Part shown: one piece after another, positions 18,331 to 27,922 of the stretch | How the letters are laid out: each line of letters begins with the position of its first letter | How positions within the stretch are numbered: the stretch's first letter is position 1 | NCBI GenBank assembly: GCA_039680575.1 | Contig: JBDKSP010000062.1 | Location: 1 to 36,229, forward strand | Direction: 5' to 3' | Origin: Armatimonadota bacterium | GTDB taxonomy: Bacteria; Armatimonadota; UBA5829; DTLH01 | Length of the DNA: 36,229 nucleotides | The notes under the pieces: model-generated | The model's input: only the letters and a program-made list of their open reading frames with translations | Database searches by the model: none | Told to the model about the DNA's origin: nothing | Position numbers and translations under genes: made by a program

Positions 18331-19182
18331 ATGAAGTTTCATATGAACACATCCGAAATATTCGTTCCTGATAACACACCTGTCGAAGATGCTATCAAAC
18401 GAACGACCCATATGGGTATCTCTGCTCACCAGGATGATCTCGAAATCATGGCGTTCAAGGGCGTGCTCGAGTGCTTCGGACAGAGTGACAAATGGTTCCT
18501 TGGGGTTGTTGTAACCGACGGAGCAGGCAGCCCTAGAGATGACATATACGCCAAATATACCGATGACGAGATGAGAAAAGTCAGAAGAGTCGAGCAGAAG
18601 AAAGCCGCTTTTGTGGGTGAGTATACCGCGCAGGCTCTGCTCGATTTCCCCAGCTCGGCTGTCAAAGACCCGGAAAATACGGATGTAGTCGATGATCTGG
18701 CGTGCTTATTTGCTGCAGCCAAGCCGAATTATGTATACACGCATAACCTGGCGGACAAGCATGACACCCATATAGGAACCGCTACAAAGGTTATAAAAGC
18801 TATCAGGACACTTCCCAAAGAAGACAGGCCAAAAGCTGTCTATGGCTGTGAAGTTTGGAGAAGTCTTGATTGGCTGGCGGATGCCGACAAGACTGTTTTG
18901 GACGTCGCAGCTCACGAAAATCTCGCCACAGCGCTTCTTGGGGTTTTCGATTCACAGATCGCAGGCGGCAAGAGATATGACCTTGCGACCATGGGCAGAC
19001 GCCGTGCGAATGCTACTTATCATGCTTCCCATGGTGTGGATGATTCGACCAGTATCGCTTTTGCTATGGATATGACCCCGCTTATAGAAGATAAAACACT
19101 CGACATCAAAGAGTTTGTGGAAGGTTATATCCGTAATTTCGCAAAAGATGTATCGGACAGGTTGACCAGAGTTCTTGGCTGA
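18331..19182 (+). CDS. PIG-L/LmbE family de-N-acetylase
   Basis: SAHQDDLE (HxDD), VVTDGAGSPR, RRVEQ, THNLADKHDTH. Confidence 0.88.
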   Translation: MKFHMNTSEIFVPDNTPVEDAIKRTTHMGISAHQDDLEIMAFKGVLECFGQSDKWFLGVVVTDGAGSPRDDIYAKYTDDEMRKVRRVEQKKAAFVGEYTAQALLDFPSSAVKDPENTDVVDDLACLFAAAKPNYVYTHNLADKHDTHIGTATKVIKAIRTLPKEDRPKAVYGCEVWRSLDWLADADKTVLDVAAHENLATALLGVFDSQIAGGKRYDLATMGRRRANATYHASHGVDDSTSIAFAMDMTPLIEDKTLDIKEFVEGYIRNFAKDVSDRLTRVLG

Positions 19183-19208
19183 CGGAGCGTTATCTGAAGG
19201 ATTGTGCA

Positions 19209-19580
19209 GTGAAAGAGATAATTACCCAGGAACAAGTAGAAGTGATACTCAAGATTGTCGCTGTTTCCGCTCCAGCCGCAGGACTGGTCATAGGTGCGAT
19301 AGTTGGGCTTATCCGCAAGCGCATCGTCGGCGGTTCTGTGATTGGAGTCATAATCGGGTTTACAGGGACCGTTGTTTTCGGCCTTTGGCGGATGTATACA
19401 GCAGTCGGAGAACACTTCGGCTATACAAATACCGTTTGTATTGCTATTCAATTAGCAGTTTTTACTGTAATTGGTATATGCGCGGGATTTGCGATACAAC
19501 GGTCGTATAGCATCAAGAGCCTGTGTGAAGGCACAGAATCAAGCAGGGAGAAATCGTTCAATGCCAGCGAAGATTTATAG
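19209..19580 (+). CDS. Small membrane protein (about 3 TM), hypothetical
   Basis: Three hydrophobic segments; fits between the deacetylase and ilvC. Confidence 0.65.
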   Translation: MKEIITQEQVEVILKIVAVSAPAAGLVIGAIVGLIRKRIVGGSVIGVIIGFTGTVVFGLWRMYTAVGEHFGYTNTVCIAIQLAVFTVIGICAGFAIQRSYSIKSLCEGTESSREKSFNASEDL

Positions 19581-20559
19581 CAGAAGCGATATAAGGCCGG
19601 ATGTGTTGAACGGTAAAAGGATCGCAATCATCGGCTATGGTAACCAGGGACATGCGCATGCGTTGAACCTGAGGGACAGCGGTCTGGATGTAATCGTAAG
19701 CAACCGTCCCGGCAGCGAGAACTTCAAGAAAGCCGTGGCTGATGGTTTTCAACCGCTCTCAGCGTCTGAAGCTGCGCGTCAAGCCGATATCATACAGGTC
19801 CTCACACAGGATGAACTTATGGCGCAGGTGTACAAAGATGAAATCGCGCCGAACCTGACTTCAGGCAAGTCCCTGCTTTTCGCACATGGGTTCAATATCC
19901 TCTATAAACTTATAGTCCCTCCCCCTGATGTAGATGTAGCATTGGTCTCGCCTAAAGGTGTCGGCAAGATGCTGAGGAGGCTTTACACCGAAGGCCGGGG
20001 GCTTCCGGCGCTTATCGCAGTCCACCAGGATGCGACCGGAAGCGCAAGAGATATAGCGCTTGCTTATGCTGATGGTATAGGCTCATCTCGCGCTGGCATA
20101 ATCGAAACGACATTCAAAGAAGAAACTGAATGCGATCTCTTCGGTGAACAGGCTGTCTTATGCGGCGGCGCCACCGCGCTGGTGCAGGCCGGATTCGAGA
20201 CGTTGGTAGAAGCCGGATACCAGCCCGAAGTTGCTTATTTCGAATGTCTTCATGAACTCAAGCTGATTGTCGACCTGGTGCATGAAGGCGGCATAGCCTG
20301 GATGCGTAAGTGCATTTCCAATACAGCAGAGTTCGGTGATTATACACGCGGACCCCGCATTATAGATGAATCGGCAAGGGAGAAGATGCGCCAGATACTT
20401 ACTGAGATTCAGTCCGGGGAGTTTGCCGGTGAGTGGATTCATGAAAACCAGACAAACCAGCCGGTATTGAACGCTTCGCGCAGTAGCAATAATAACCTTT
20501 TAGTCGATACTGTCGGCGACAAAATGCGCAAAATGATGCCTTGGCTGAAGAAATTTTAA
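19561..20559 (+). CDS. ilvC: Ketol-acid reductoisomerase
   Basis: [69 protein letters not shown]. Confidence 0.97.
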   Translation: MPAKIYSRSDIRPDVLNGKRIAIIGYGNQGHAHALNLRDSGLDVIVSNRPGSENFKKAVADGFQPLSASEAARQADIIQVLTQDELMAQVYKDEIAPNLTSGKSLLFAHGFNILYKLIVPPPDVDVALVSPKGVGKMLRRLYTEGRGLPALIAVHQDATGSARDIALAYADGIGSSRAGIIETTFKEETECDLFGEQAVLCGGATALVQAGFETLVEAGYQPEVAYFECLHELKLIVDLVHEGGIAWMRKCISNTAEFGDYTRGPRIIDESAREKMRQILTEIQSGEFAGEWIHENQTNQPVLNASRSSNNNLLVDTVGDKMRKMMPWLKKF

Positions 20560-20659
20560 AGAATGACTGGTATAATTTGTCGTGATGTGGTTATAATAAG
20601 GATAAAGATATCGACGGATGCATCTTAATCGTTTAAACCCTATAGGTGAGATAATAAGT

Positions 20660-21490
20660 ATGCAAGTGATAATAGCAGAACATGCAGGGTTCTGCTTTGG
20701 GGTAAGAAGAGCGATAGAGCTCGTTACAAAAGCTGTAGAATCGGGCGGACCGCTCCATACTTTCGGGCCGCTCATTCATAATCCGCAGGAAGTAAAACGC
20801 CTGGAGGCAGCCGGAGTTACAGTCACAACGGACATTGAAGGCGAGAGAATAAAGCGGATAGTAATGCCGTCTCACGGCGTTGCCCAGGAAAAACTGGACA
20901 AGGCTCGGGAAATATGCGATGAGATCATCGATGCAACATGCCCTTATGTTGCGAAGGTCCATCGCACCGTAAGAGAGTTGGCAAAAGCGGGAATGCAGGT
21001 TGTCGTAGTCGGTGACCCTGCGCATTCCGAAGTTAAGGGTATACTATCTGCAGCAGGTCCCGGCGCGGTTGCGATCAGATCTTCTGCCGAAGCCGAAGAA
21101 TACGACTGGCCGGACAGGGTAGGAGTAGTCGCACAGACCACCCAAACGGAAGACCATTTTCAGAATGTCGTAGCTATCATACGCCGGAAAGCGAAGGATG
21201 TTCGAGCTGTTAACACTATATGTGTTGCCACCAGGCAAAGGCAGGAAGCTGCACATGCCGTAGCTCCGGAAGTAGATGTTATGTTCGTTATTGGTGGGCG
21301 AAACAGTGCCAATACCAACAGGCTGAGAGAGCTTTGTGAAGAAGCTGGAGTACCCACCTATCATATAGAAACTGCAGCCGAAATCAAGGATGAATGGCTG
21401 ACCGGAAAGTCGACGGCAGGGATCACTGCCGGAGCATCGACTCCCGATTGGCTTATCAAGGAAGTGCAAGATAGGTTGGAAGAAGTTTGA
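20660..21490 (+). CDS. ispH: 4-hydroxy-3-methylbut-2-enyl diphosphate reductase
   Basis: AGFCFGVRRA, IHNP, SHG, DATCPYV, HSEV, AQTT, NTICVAT, SANT, TAGASTP. Confidence 0.97.
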   Translation: MQVIIAEHAGFCFGVRRAIELVTKAVESGGPLHTFGPLIHNPQEVKRLEAAGVTVTTDIEGERIKRIVMPSHGVAQEKLDKAREICDEIIDATCPYVAKVHRTVRELAKAGMQVVVVGDPAHSEVKGILSAAGPGAVAIRSSAEAEEYDWPDRVGVVAQTTQTEDHFQNVVAIIRRKAKDVRAVNTICVATRQRQEAAHAVAPEVDVMFVIGGRNSANTNRLRELCEEAGVPTYHIETAAEIKDEWLTGKSTAGITAGASTPDWLIKEVQDRLEEV

Positions 21491-22803
21491 CAGAAGTACA
21501 TGGCGGCAAAATTGCCAAAATTGAATCAGGTAGTATAGCGGAAGAGGCTGGAATCCTCCCAGGGGATATTATAGTCAGCATCAACGATCATCCTATTGGC
21601 GATATAATTGACTATCGCTTCTATTCAGCGGATGAGAATGTCAATCTAATCGTCAGGAGAGGCAATGATGAGGCTGAGATATCCATAGAAAAGGATTATG
21701 ACGATCCTCTTGGTGTCGAATTCGAAGACGAGTTGTTCGATGGAGTCCGTACATGCGGGAACCGATGTATATTCTGCTTTGTTCACCAATTGCCACAGGG
21801 GATGCGGCCTTCCCTTTATCTCCGGGATGACGATTACCGGCTTTCGTTCCTTCATGGCAATTTCGTAACGCTCACTAATGTCGATGGGAAAGACATCGAG
21901 CGGATTATCGAGCAGCGACTATCACCACTTTACGTATCTGTACACTCAACCGACCCCAAACTCAGAAACACCATCCTTCGAAACGAACATGCCCCGGATA
22001 TCATGCAACAACTGCATACTCTTGCAGCGGGGAAGATCACTATCCATACGCAGATTGTCGTATGCCCCGGAGTAAACGACGGAAAGAAGCTGGAACAGAC
22101 GATACATGACCTTGCATCGCTTTATCCAGGCGTCGCCTCTATTGGCATAGTGCCTGTGGGGTTGACCAGACACAGGCAAGCCGGACCTGCGATAGACGCA
22201 ATCGATCCTGTCGCTGCCGGAAAAATCGTCCAGCAGGTGCGGAGATGGCAAAAGAAACTCAGGAAAGACCTGGGTACAAGACTTGTATGGGCGTCGGATG
22301 AACTCTACCTGGCTTCAGGAATACCAGTATCGTCTGCTTCATCATATGAAGGTTTTCCACAGCTTGAAAACGGCATCGGTATTGTACGCCGGTTTATGGA
22401 TGACGCCCGAAAAACACTAAGCCGTCTACCTGAGAGCATCCCCCACCCTGTTAAGGCCACAGTTGTAACATCGACTCTGGCCGCTCCGATTATTGAAGAG
22501 TTTACGATTGAACTGAACAAGGTGGAGAACCTCCATGTGCTTGTTGCTCCGATTACGAACGAATTCTTCGGTGAAAGTGTAACCGTTACAGGACTTTTGA
22601 CCGGGAAGGATCTAGTCAACCAGTTAAAGGGACAGGATCTGGGAGATTTTGTCTTTATCCCGACCGTAATGCTTCGTGACGGCGCTTTTCTCGATAATAT
22701 GACGGTATCGGAGCTATCAGAAGCGTTATCATGCCCTGTTGCTGTAATCGAACCGACCCCCAGCGCATTGGCAGACAGACTCATCGGCGAAGTTTCCGAT
22801 TAA
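21487..22803 (+). CDS. PDZ plus radical-SAM-like Fe-S protein, DUF512 family
   Basis: N-terminal PDZ-like GSIAEEAGILPGD; CGNRCIFC; DDDYRLSFLHGNFVTLTN; VPVGLTRHR; QLENGIG; VTGLLTG. Confidence 0.9.
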   Translation: MTEVHGGKIAKIESGSIAEEAGILPGDIIVSINDHPIGDIIDYRFYSADENVNLIVRRGNDEAEISIEKDYDDPLGVEFEDELFDGVRTCGNRCIFCFVHQLPQGMRPSLYLRDDDYRLSFLHGNFVTLTNVDGKDIERIIEQRLSPLYVSVHSTDPKLRNTILRNEHAPDIMQQLHTLAAGKITIHTQIVVCPGVNDGKKLEQTIHDLASLYPGVASIGIVPVGLTRHRQAGPAIDAIDPVAAGKIVQQVRRWQKKLRKDLGTRLVWASDELYLASGIPVSSASSYEGFPQLENGIGIVRRFMDDARKTLSRLPESIPHPVKATVVTSTLAAPIIEEFTIELNKVENLHVLVAPITNEFFGESVTVTGLLTGKDLVNQLKGQDLGDFVFIPTVMLRDGAFLDNMTVSELSEALSCPVAVIEPTPSALADRLIGEVSD

Positions 22804-22947
22804 TCGCAGTTAATATTCACTCTTTCACGCTATTATCGCGCCTAAATATCGAGGAACATCCGAAGTAGCAAGATCACTCGTGGTTCAACGCAGGCCAGGT
22901 AAGGTTCGTCAGGTGGTCTATGTTGAACTAACATCCCATATCTTCGT

Positions 22948-22973
22948 GTTTTCACCAGCTTGCGAGCGGGTAA
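22948..22973 (+). promoter_or_regulatory. SigB-like promoter of the two secreted-protein genes
   Basis: GTTT-tcaccagcttgcgagc(16 nt)-GGGTAA, 45 nt upstream of ATG 23019. Confidence 0.6.
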
Positions 22974-23018
22974 TTCATTACCGCATGATTTCTTCATATT
23001 TCCAGCGGAGGTGATTTT

Positions 23019-23450
23019 ATGCGGTCAGGATTCATGCTCATGATGGTAATTACTGCCGTTCTTCTTCTTGTGACCAGCTTACCGACTCCAGCCATCGACA
23101 TCGGAGATGCGCTCACCGCATTCGGTATCGGGTACGCCGTAAGGGTCTATGGCAACCAGATCAACAGCGGACTGAACACGCTGATGGCGCAGCGCGGAGT
23201 CGAATGGGAAGGAACGACAAAAGTAGTACCGATATTATCTATCGGTACAGGCTCCTATATAGGCGCTGCTCAGGTCGCCGGACCACCGAGTCTTGTAAAT
23301 ACTGTCAAAGCTGTGGCTCAGGGCGAGACCCGGATCGGCAATAGCCTTAGGGCAAAACTGTTTATTCCTGTAAGTTCCACAAATGTTCTTAAGGGCGTTA
23401 AACGGGTCGAAGGCGTAGGACTTTCCGCGTTGATCGACTTCAAGCTTTAG
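23019..23450 (+). CDS. Secreted hypothetical protein (KVVPIxSxG domain)
   Basis: Signal peptide; GGAGGT RBS; TKVVPILSIGTGSYIGAAQVAG...VKAVAQGE...IPVS domain. Confidence 0.85.
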   Translation: MRSGFMLMMVITAVLLLVTSLPTPAIDIGDALTAFGIGYAVRVYGNQINSGLNTLMAQRGVEWEGTTKVVPILSIGTGSYIGAAQVAGPPSLVNTVKAVAQGETRIGNSLRAKLFIPVSSTNVLKGVKRVEGVGLSALIDFKL

Positions 23451-23460
23451 GAGGATGCAG

Positions 23461-24159
23461 ATGAAACGCTATGTGCCAATTATTGCAGCGTTGGCTTTAC
23501 TGACGATAGCAGCGTCAGCCTATGGGGTAGTATTTACGTCCCGCACGGTGAATATGGGTGGTATCCAGGTCGGCGAATTGGTTGTAGACAACCAGGTTCC
23601 CATCAGGCTGAGATTTTCGGCAGGCGGACTGAGTCCTGCCGAGAGAGCGTCCTTAGTCGCTCAACGGCTCTCACAAATGAGCAACCTTTCTCCATCAGAA
23701 ATAAGTTCCGGGCGCATTGGGTCATATTGGGGAGTCATCGCGAGAGGTGAAATGCTGATTACTGCGGACAACGCGCACGCAATGGTTAACAATACCACAC
23801 CCAGCGGCCTTGCGTCGTCATGGGCAAGCCAATTGAGGAAGGCTATGACAGGAACACCGGTTGCAATTACACCGCCGACTACACCTGCGCCAATAGGCAG
23901 AGGTGCCGCGGATGTGGATACTGCTCAGAAGGTCGTGCCTATCATAAGTGTCGGGAGCGGACTTCGTATAGGTGCTGCACTCGTCAGCGGATCCGCCGCG
24001 CAGGTCGTCAAAGTTACTGCAGTTGCACAAGTTGAAGGCCAATTCGGTGACAGAGTTAGACTGAGAGGACTGGTCCCCATCGAAACGGAAAACGTCATCG
24101 GCAACCTGAAACGAGTACCGGGAACAGCGGTTATTGCGGTGGCGGATGTGAAGCTGTAG
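23461..24159 (+). CDS. Secreted hypothetical protein, paralog of the upstream gene's domain plus an extra N-terminal domain
   Basis: Signal peptide (ASAYG); Pro/Thr linker; QKVVPIISVGSGLRIGAALVSG...VTAVAQVE...VPIE; AGGAGG RBS favours ATG 23461. Confidence 0.85.
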   Translation: MKRYVPIIAALALLTIAASAYGVVFTSRTVNMGGIQVGELVVDNQVPIRLRFSAGGLSPAERASLVAQRLSQMSNLSPSEISSGRIGSYWGVIARGEMLITADNAHAMVNNTTPSGLASSWASQLRKAMTGTPVAITPPTTPAPIGRGAADVDTAQKVVPIISVGSGLRIGAALVSGSAAQVVKVTAVAQVEGQFGDRVRLRGLVPIETENVIGNLKRVPGTAVIAVADVKL

Positions 24160-24230
24160 AGAAGAGTGGGAAGTATTGTTTCGAGACGAACTGCGATCCC
24201 GAAACATTAGGATATCGGATAAATGAAAGC

Positions 24231-24260
24231 AGGCGCCCATTTCGAATTATATGGACGCCT
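24231..24260. terminator. Hairpin between convergent genes
   Basis: AGGCG-c-CCAT...ATGG-a-CGCCT; T-rich run follows on the minus strand. Confidence 0.5.
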
Positions 24261-24298
24261 GCCGTCGTACCTATCGTAAGTATTGCAGCGGATCGAGA

Positions 24299-24490
24299 TT
24301 AGCGCTGGGATTTTTTCTTGCGCCCGCCGCCATGGCTTGCCTCGCCGCCCTTCCGGCCGGCGACCCTGGCTTCGTTGCTGTCCCACTCGTGAGCAGTGCC
24401 TTTTTCATGGGCAGCACGACCGCCTTTTCGCGCTATCTCTCTCTGCTTGCTGGGGTCCATTGACGCAAACCCCCTCTGCCTGGTAGACAT
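24299..24490 (-). CDS. KGG-repeat general stress protein (YciG/GsiB-like)
   Basis: RGFASMDPSKQREIARKGG...AHEWDSNEARVAGRKGG; AAGGAGGT RBS before ATG 24490. Confidence 0.92.
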   Translation of the reverse strand: MSTRQRGFASMDPSKQREIARKGGRAAHEKGTAHEWDSNEARVAGRKGGEASHGGGRKKKSQR

Positions 24491-24546
24491 TCGGACACCT
24501 CCTTTGTCCATAACTAATCACTGTAGAGGTTGGTGTTTGTCTACTT

Positions 24547-24572
24547 TTACCCCAGGCTGATCATTGCTAAAC
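24547..24572 (-). promoter_or_regulatory. SigB-like promoter of the KGG gene
   Basis: Minus strand GTTT-agcaatgatcagcctg(16 nt)-GGGTAA. Confidence 0.65.
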
Positions 24573-24630
24573 TCCTCAGGCAGAAGGTTTGAATATTATG
24601 TTTTACATGCGAATTATATAGATCTTCAGC

Positions 24631-26745
24631 CTACTTTATAAAGAGCATTTCCGCATATGTCGGAAGCGGCCAGACTTCTGCGTCCACAATTCCTTCCAGC
24701 TTATCAGAATCGGCTCGAACAGCGCTCATAGCCGGTATAACGACGTCTCTGTAACACTCACCCTGCTTATTCAGATCGGAAATGTCGCTCGCTTTTTCGA
24801 CTGCCGATTCAAGCGCCATCACATTTGTGCGAAGAGAGCTGATAAGCGTACAGACTTCGTTCAATATATCTTTGTGCGCCGTGCAGCATGCTCCGGCGAC
24901 TTCACACGCGCTCGTCGCAGCGGCAAGACTACCGGAATAATCGATAACAGCAGGTAATATCTTGCGTTTAGCCATGTTGATCGTCGTCAGCGCTTCTATC
25001 CTGATCGTCTTGCAGTATCTCTCAAGAAGGATTTCATGCCTTGCGTGGAGCTCATTCTTGGAAAGAACACCATGCCGCTCGTATAAATCGGCAGATTCCG
25101 GCTCCAGCATGGCCAGAAGGCTATCTACCGAGCTCCTTATATTAGGTAAGCTGCGCTTTTCGGCTTCTTTCACCCAATCATCTGAGTAGTTGTCGCCGTT
25201 AAATATTATATTCCTGTGCTTCTTTGAGATATTCCGCAGTATCTCCTGAGCCTTTTTGTTAACGTCATCCGCCTTTTCAAGCTCATCTGCTATTTCAGAA
25301 AGCACGTCAGCAACTGCGGTGTTCAGAACATAATTCGGACCGGCTGTCGATTGAGTCGAGCCGACCATTCTGAACTCGAATTTGTTGCCCGTAAATGCGA
25401 AAGGTGACGTTCTGTTTCTGTCTGTTGAATCCATCGGAAGCGGCGGCATCGTGTCGATACCGAGCTGCAGTTTTCCTCTGGCTTTAGACGCCGTCCGTGT
25501 GCCGTTTTTCGTTGAAAGCTGGTCGAGAATATCCGACAACTGGTCTCCAAGGAACACTGAGACAATAGCAGGTGGTGCTTCGTTCGCACCAAGCCGGTAT
25601 TCATTCCCGGCAACGGCAACACTCGATCTGAGCAGTTTCGCATATTTATCGACTGCCCGGATTACAGCGCAGAGGAAGATCAAAAACTGTTCGTTTTCGT
25701 GCGGTGTCTTACCCGGCTCAAGCAGGTTTATTCCATCGTCTGTGACAAGACTCCAATTGTTGTGCTTTCCTGAACCGTTGACGCCGGCAAACGGCTTTTC
25801 ATGAAGCAGGCACATCATATCGTGTCTCAACGCGACCTTCTTCATTATCTCCATCGTAAGCTGGTTTTGGTCGGTCGCTACGTTAACTGTAGCAAACACT
25901 GGTGCAAGCTCGTATTGCGCGGGTGCGACTTCGTTATGCTGGGTTTTTGCGGAAACTCCCAGCTTCCAAAGCTCGCAGTTCACTTCGTTCATAAAGCGCG
26001 CAACCCGTTCGTGTATAGCGCCGAAATAATGGTCTTCCATCTCCTGCCCTTTTGGGGGCAGCGCGCCAAAAAGCGTTCTTCCGGTGAGGATAAGGTCCAG
26101 CCTCTGTTCGGCATAATTCTTATCCACCAGGAAGTATTCCTGTTCCGCACCGAGTGTGGTAATAACACGCTTAGATGTAGTATTTCCGAGGGCTCTCAAC
26201 ACACGTATGGACTGCTTGTTTATAGCTGCCATAGAGCGCAGAAGCGGGGTCTTTTTGTCCAGCGCCTGGCTGTTATAGGAGCAGAATGCGCTGGGGATAT
26301 AGAGCGTGACAATGGAGCCGTTCTCTTTCACGAATACAGGTGATGTGCAGTCCCATGCTGTATAACCGCGCGCCTCGAATGTGGAGCGTAGTCCGCCAGA
26401 AGGGAAGGAGGATGCATCAGGCTCACCCTGTATCAATTCTTTGCCGCTAAACTCCATAATGGTGCGTCCGTCGGCAGTCGGTGAGATAAAGGAATCGTGC
26501 TTTTCGGCAGTCATTCCAGTCATCGGCTGGAACCAGTGGCAGAAGTGCGTAGCGCCCTTTTCGATAGCCCAGTCCTTCATCGCGTTGGCAACTACATTGG
26601 CAATCGACGAATCCAGCGGCACTCCTTGATCTATTGTCTGCTTCATCAAGTTGAAAATATTCTTCGGCAGGCGTTCGCGCATAACCGCTTCGCTGAAAAC
26701 ATTCGTTCCGAAGAATTTTGCAACTGGTTCTTTCATCTCACTCAT
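24631..26745 (-). CDS. glnN: Glutamine synthetase type III
   Basis: HWFQPMTGMTAEKHDSF, GEPDASSFPSGGLRSTFEARGYTAWD, HNEVAPAQYE, HEKPFAGVNGSGKHNNWS, DRNRTSPFAFTGNKFEFR, WPLPTY. Confidence 0.96.
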   Translation of the reverse strand: MSEMKEPVAKFFGTNVFSEAVMRERLPKNIFNLMKQTIDQGVPLDSSIANVVANAMKDWAIEKGATHFCHWFQPMTGMTAEKHDSFISPTADGRTIMEFSGKELIQGEPDASSFPSGGLRSTFEARGYTAWDCTSPVFVKENGSIVTLYIPSAFCSYNSQALDKKTPLLRSMAAINKQSIRVLRALGNTTSKRVITTLGAEQEYFLVDKNYAEQRLDLILTGRTLFGALPPKGQEMEDHYFGAIHERVARFMNEVNCELWKLGVSAKTQHNEVAPAQYELAPVFATVNVATDQNQLTMEIMKKVALRHDMMCLLHEKPFAGVNGSGKHNNWSLVTDDGINLLEPGKTPHENEQFLIFLCAVIRAVDKYAKLLRSSVAVAGNEYRLGANEAPPAIVSVFLGDQLSDILDQLSTKNGTRTASKARGKLQLGIDTMPPLPMDSTDRNRTSPFAFTGNKFEFRMVGSTQSTAGPNYVLNTAVADVLSEIADELEKADDVNKKAQEILRNISKKHRNIIFNGDNYSDDWVKEAEKRSLPNIRSSVDSLLAMLEPESADLYERHGVLSKNELHARHEILLERYCKTIRIEALTTINMAKRKILPAVIDYSGSLAAATSACEVAGACCTAHKDILNEVCTLISSLRTNVMALESAVEKASDISDLNKQGECYRDVVIPAMSAVRADSDKLEGIVDAEVWPLPTYAEMLFIK

Positions 26746-26829
26746 TCTCTGGCTCCTTAAAAATACTAAATATGCTGTATTTGCACGCTGCAAATGGATC
26801 AGCATCAGGCAATATTATCTCGCATTTAT

Positions 26830-26845
26830 GTTTCAGGTATGTTAC
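26830..26845 (-). promoter_or_regulatory. GlnR(OmpR-type)-like box upstream of the GSIII gene
   Basis: Minus strand GTAAC-atacct-GAAAC, matching GTnAC-n6-GAAAC. Confidence 0.45.
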
Positions 26846-26928
26846 ATACGGATTAAGTCTGTTTTGACTTTACAGTGCGCAGGACGTAGAATATCGTCAG
26901 CATTATGCGCATGGAGGCTGTGTTAGTA

Positions 26929-27861
26929 TTGATTGTTACGGTAACGCTGAATGCAGCGGTAGATAAAACTTATACAGTAGAAAACTTTACATTGGACCGG
27001 GTGCACCGACCATACGACCAGCGGAGCGTTGCAGGCGGAAAAGGGATAAATGTCGCAAGGGTCCTCCACACCCTTGGACAGCCGACAGTCGCAAGCGGGT
27101 TCATAGGCGGTTACAACGGCGGACTCATCGAATCCAGCCTGAAAAACGAAGATATTCCTTATGATTTCATAAAAGTAAAAGGGGAATCCCGCATCTGCAT
27201 CGCCATAGTAGATTCAACAAGGCGGACTCAGACCGAAGTGAATGAAAACGGCCCATTCGTGAGCGCAGAAGAGGTCGAAGCGATGCATGCGAAGATAGAA
27301 TCTCTCATAAAAGGCGCTTCTCACCTTATACTCTCCGGCAGCGCTCCTCCCGGCGTGCCTGACGATTTCTATGCCCGTGCGATAACAACAGCAAAAGCCG
27401 CCGGTGTATATGTTGTACTCGATTCGAGCGGCGAGCATTTACGTTCAGGGCTTACGGCGCTCCCGGATATGGTAAAACCGAATGTAGCCGAGCTTTCCGC
27501 TTATGTCGGTTCAGAGCTTTATACCATGGAAGAAATTCTTAAGGCTGCAAAAAAACTGGTCAATAGGGGTATACGCCTCGCAGTAGTCTCTATGGGCAGA
27601 GCGGGCGCTCTTGCAACGAACGGTAAGGTTTCCTGGCAGGCTGTTCCTCCTGATATAGACTTTGTAAGCGCTGTCGGATCGGGTGATTCACTTGTCGCTG
27701 CGTTTGTAGATGCACTGATTCGAGATGGAGACATCCCCAAAGCGCTTGCGGCAGGGACTGCGGCGGGTGCCGCCAACGCTATGATATATGGAGCCGGATA
27801 CTGCGGCATGGAATCCATAGAAAGGCTGAAACCGCAGGTAAATCTTTTCCGGCTTCCGTAA
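26929..27861 (+). CDS. 1-phosphofructokinase-family hexose kinase (PfkB)
   Basis: TVTLNAAVD, AGGKGINVARVL, SGSAPPG, VKPN, SAVGSGDSLVA; TTG start after GGAGG. Confidence 0.92.
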   Translation: MIVTVTLNAAVDKTYTVENFTLDRVHRPYDQRSVAGGKGINVARVLHTLGQPTVASGFIGGYNGGLIESSLKNEDIPYDFIKVKGESRICIAIVDSTRRTQTEVNENGPFVSAEEVEAMHAKIESLIKGASHLILSGSAPPGVPDDFYARAITTAKAAGVYVVLDSSGEHLRSGLTALPDMVKPNVAELSAYVGSELYTMEEILKAAKKLVNRGIRLAVVSMGRAGALATNGKVSWQAVPPDIDFVSAVGSGDSLVAAFVDALIRDGDIPKALAAGTAAGAANAMIYGAGYCGMESIERLKPQVNLFRLP

Positions 27862-27922
27862 AAGACTCGGGCAATGCGCGGCCTTGACTCTTCCCTACCC
27901 TTGCGTGCTACAATCGGTCGAT

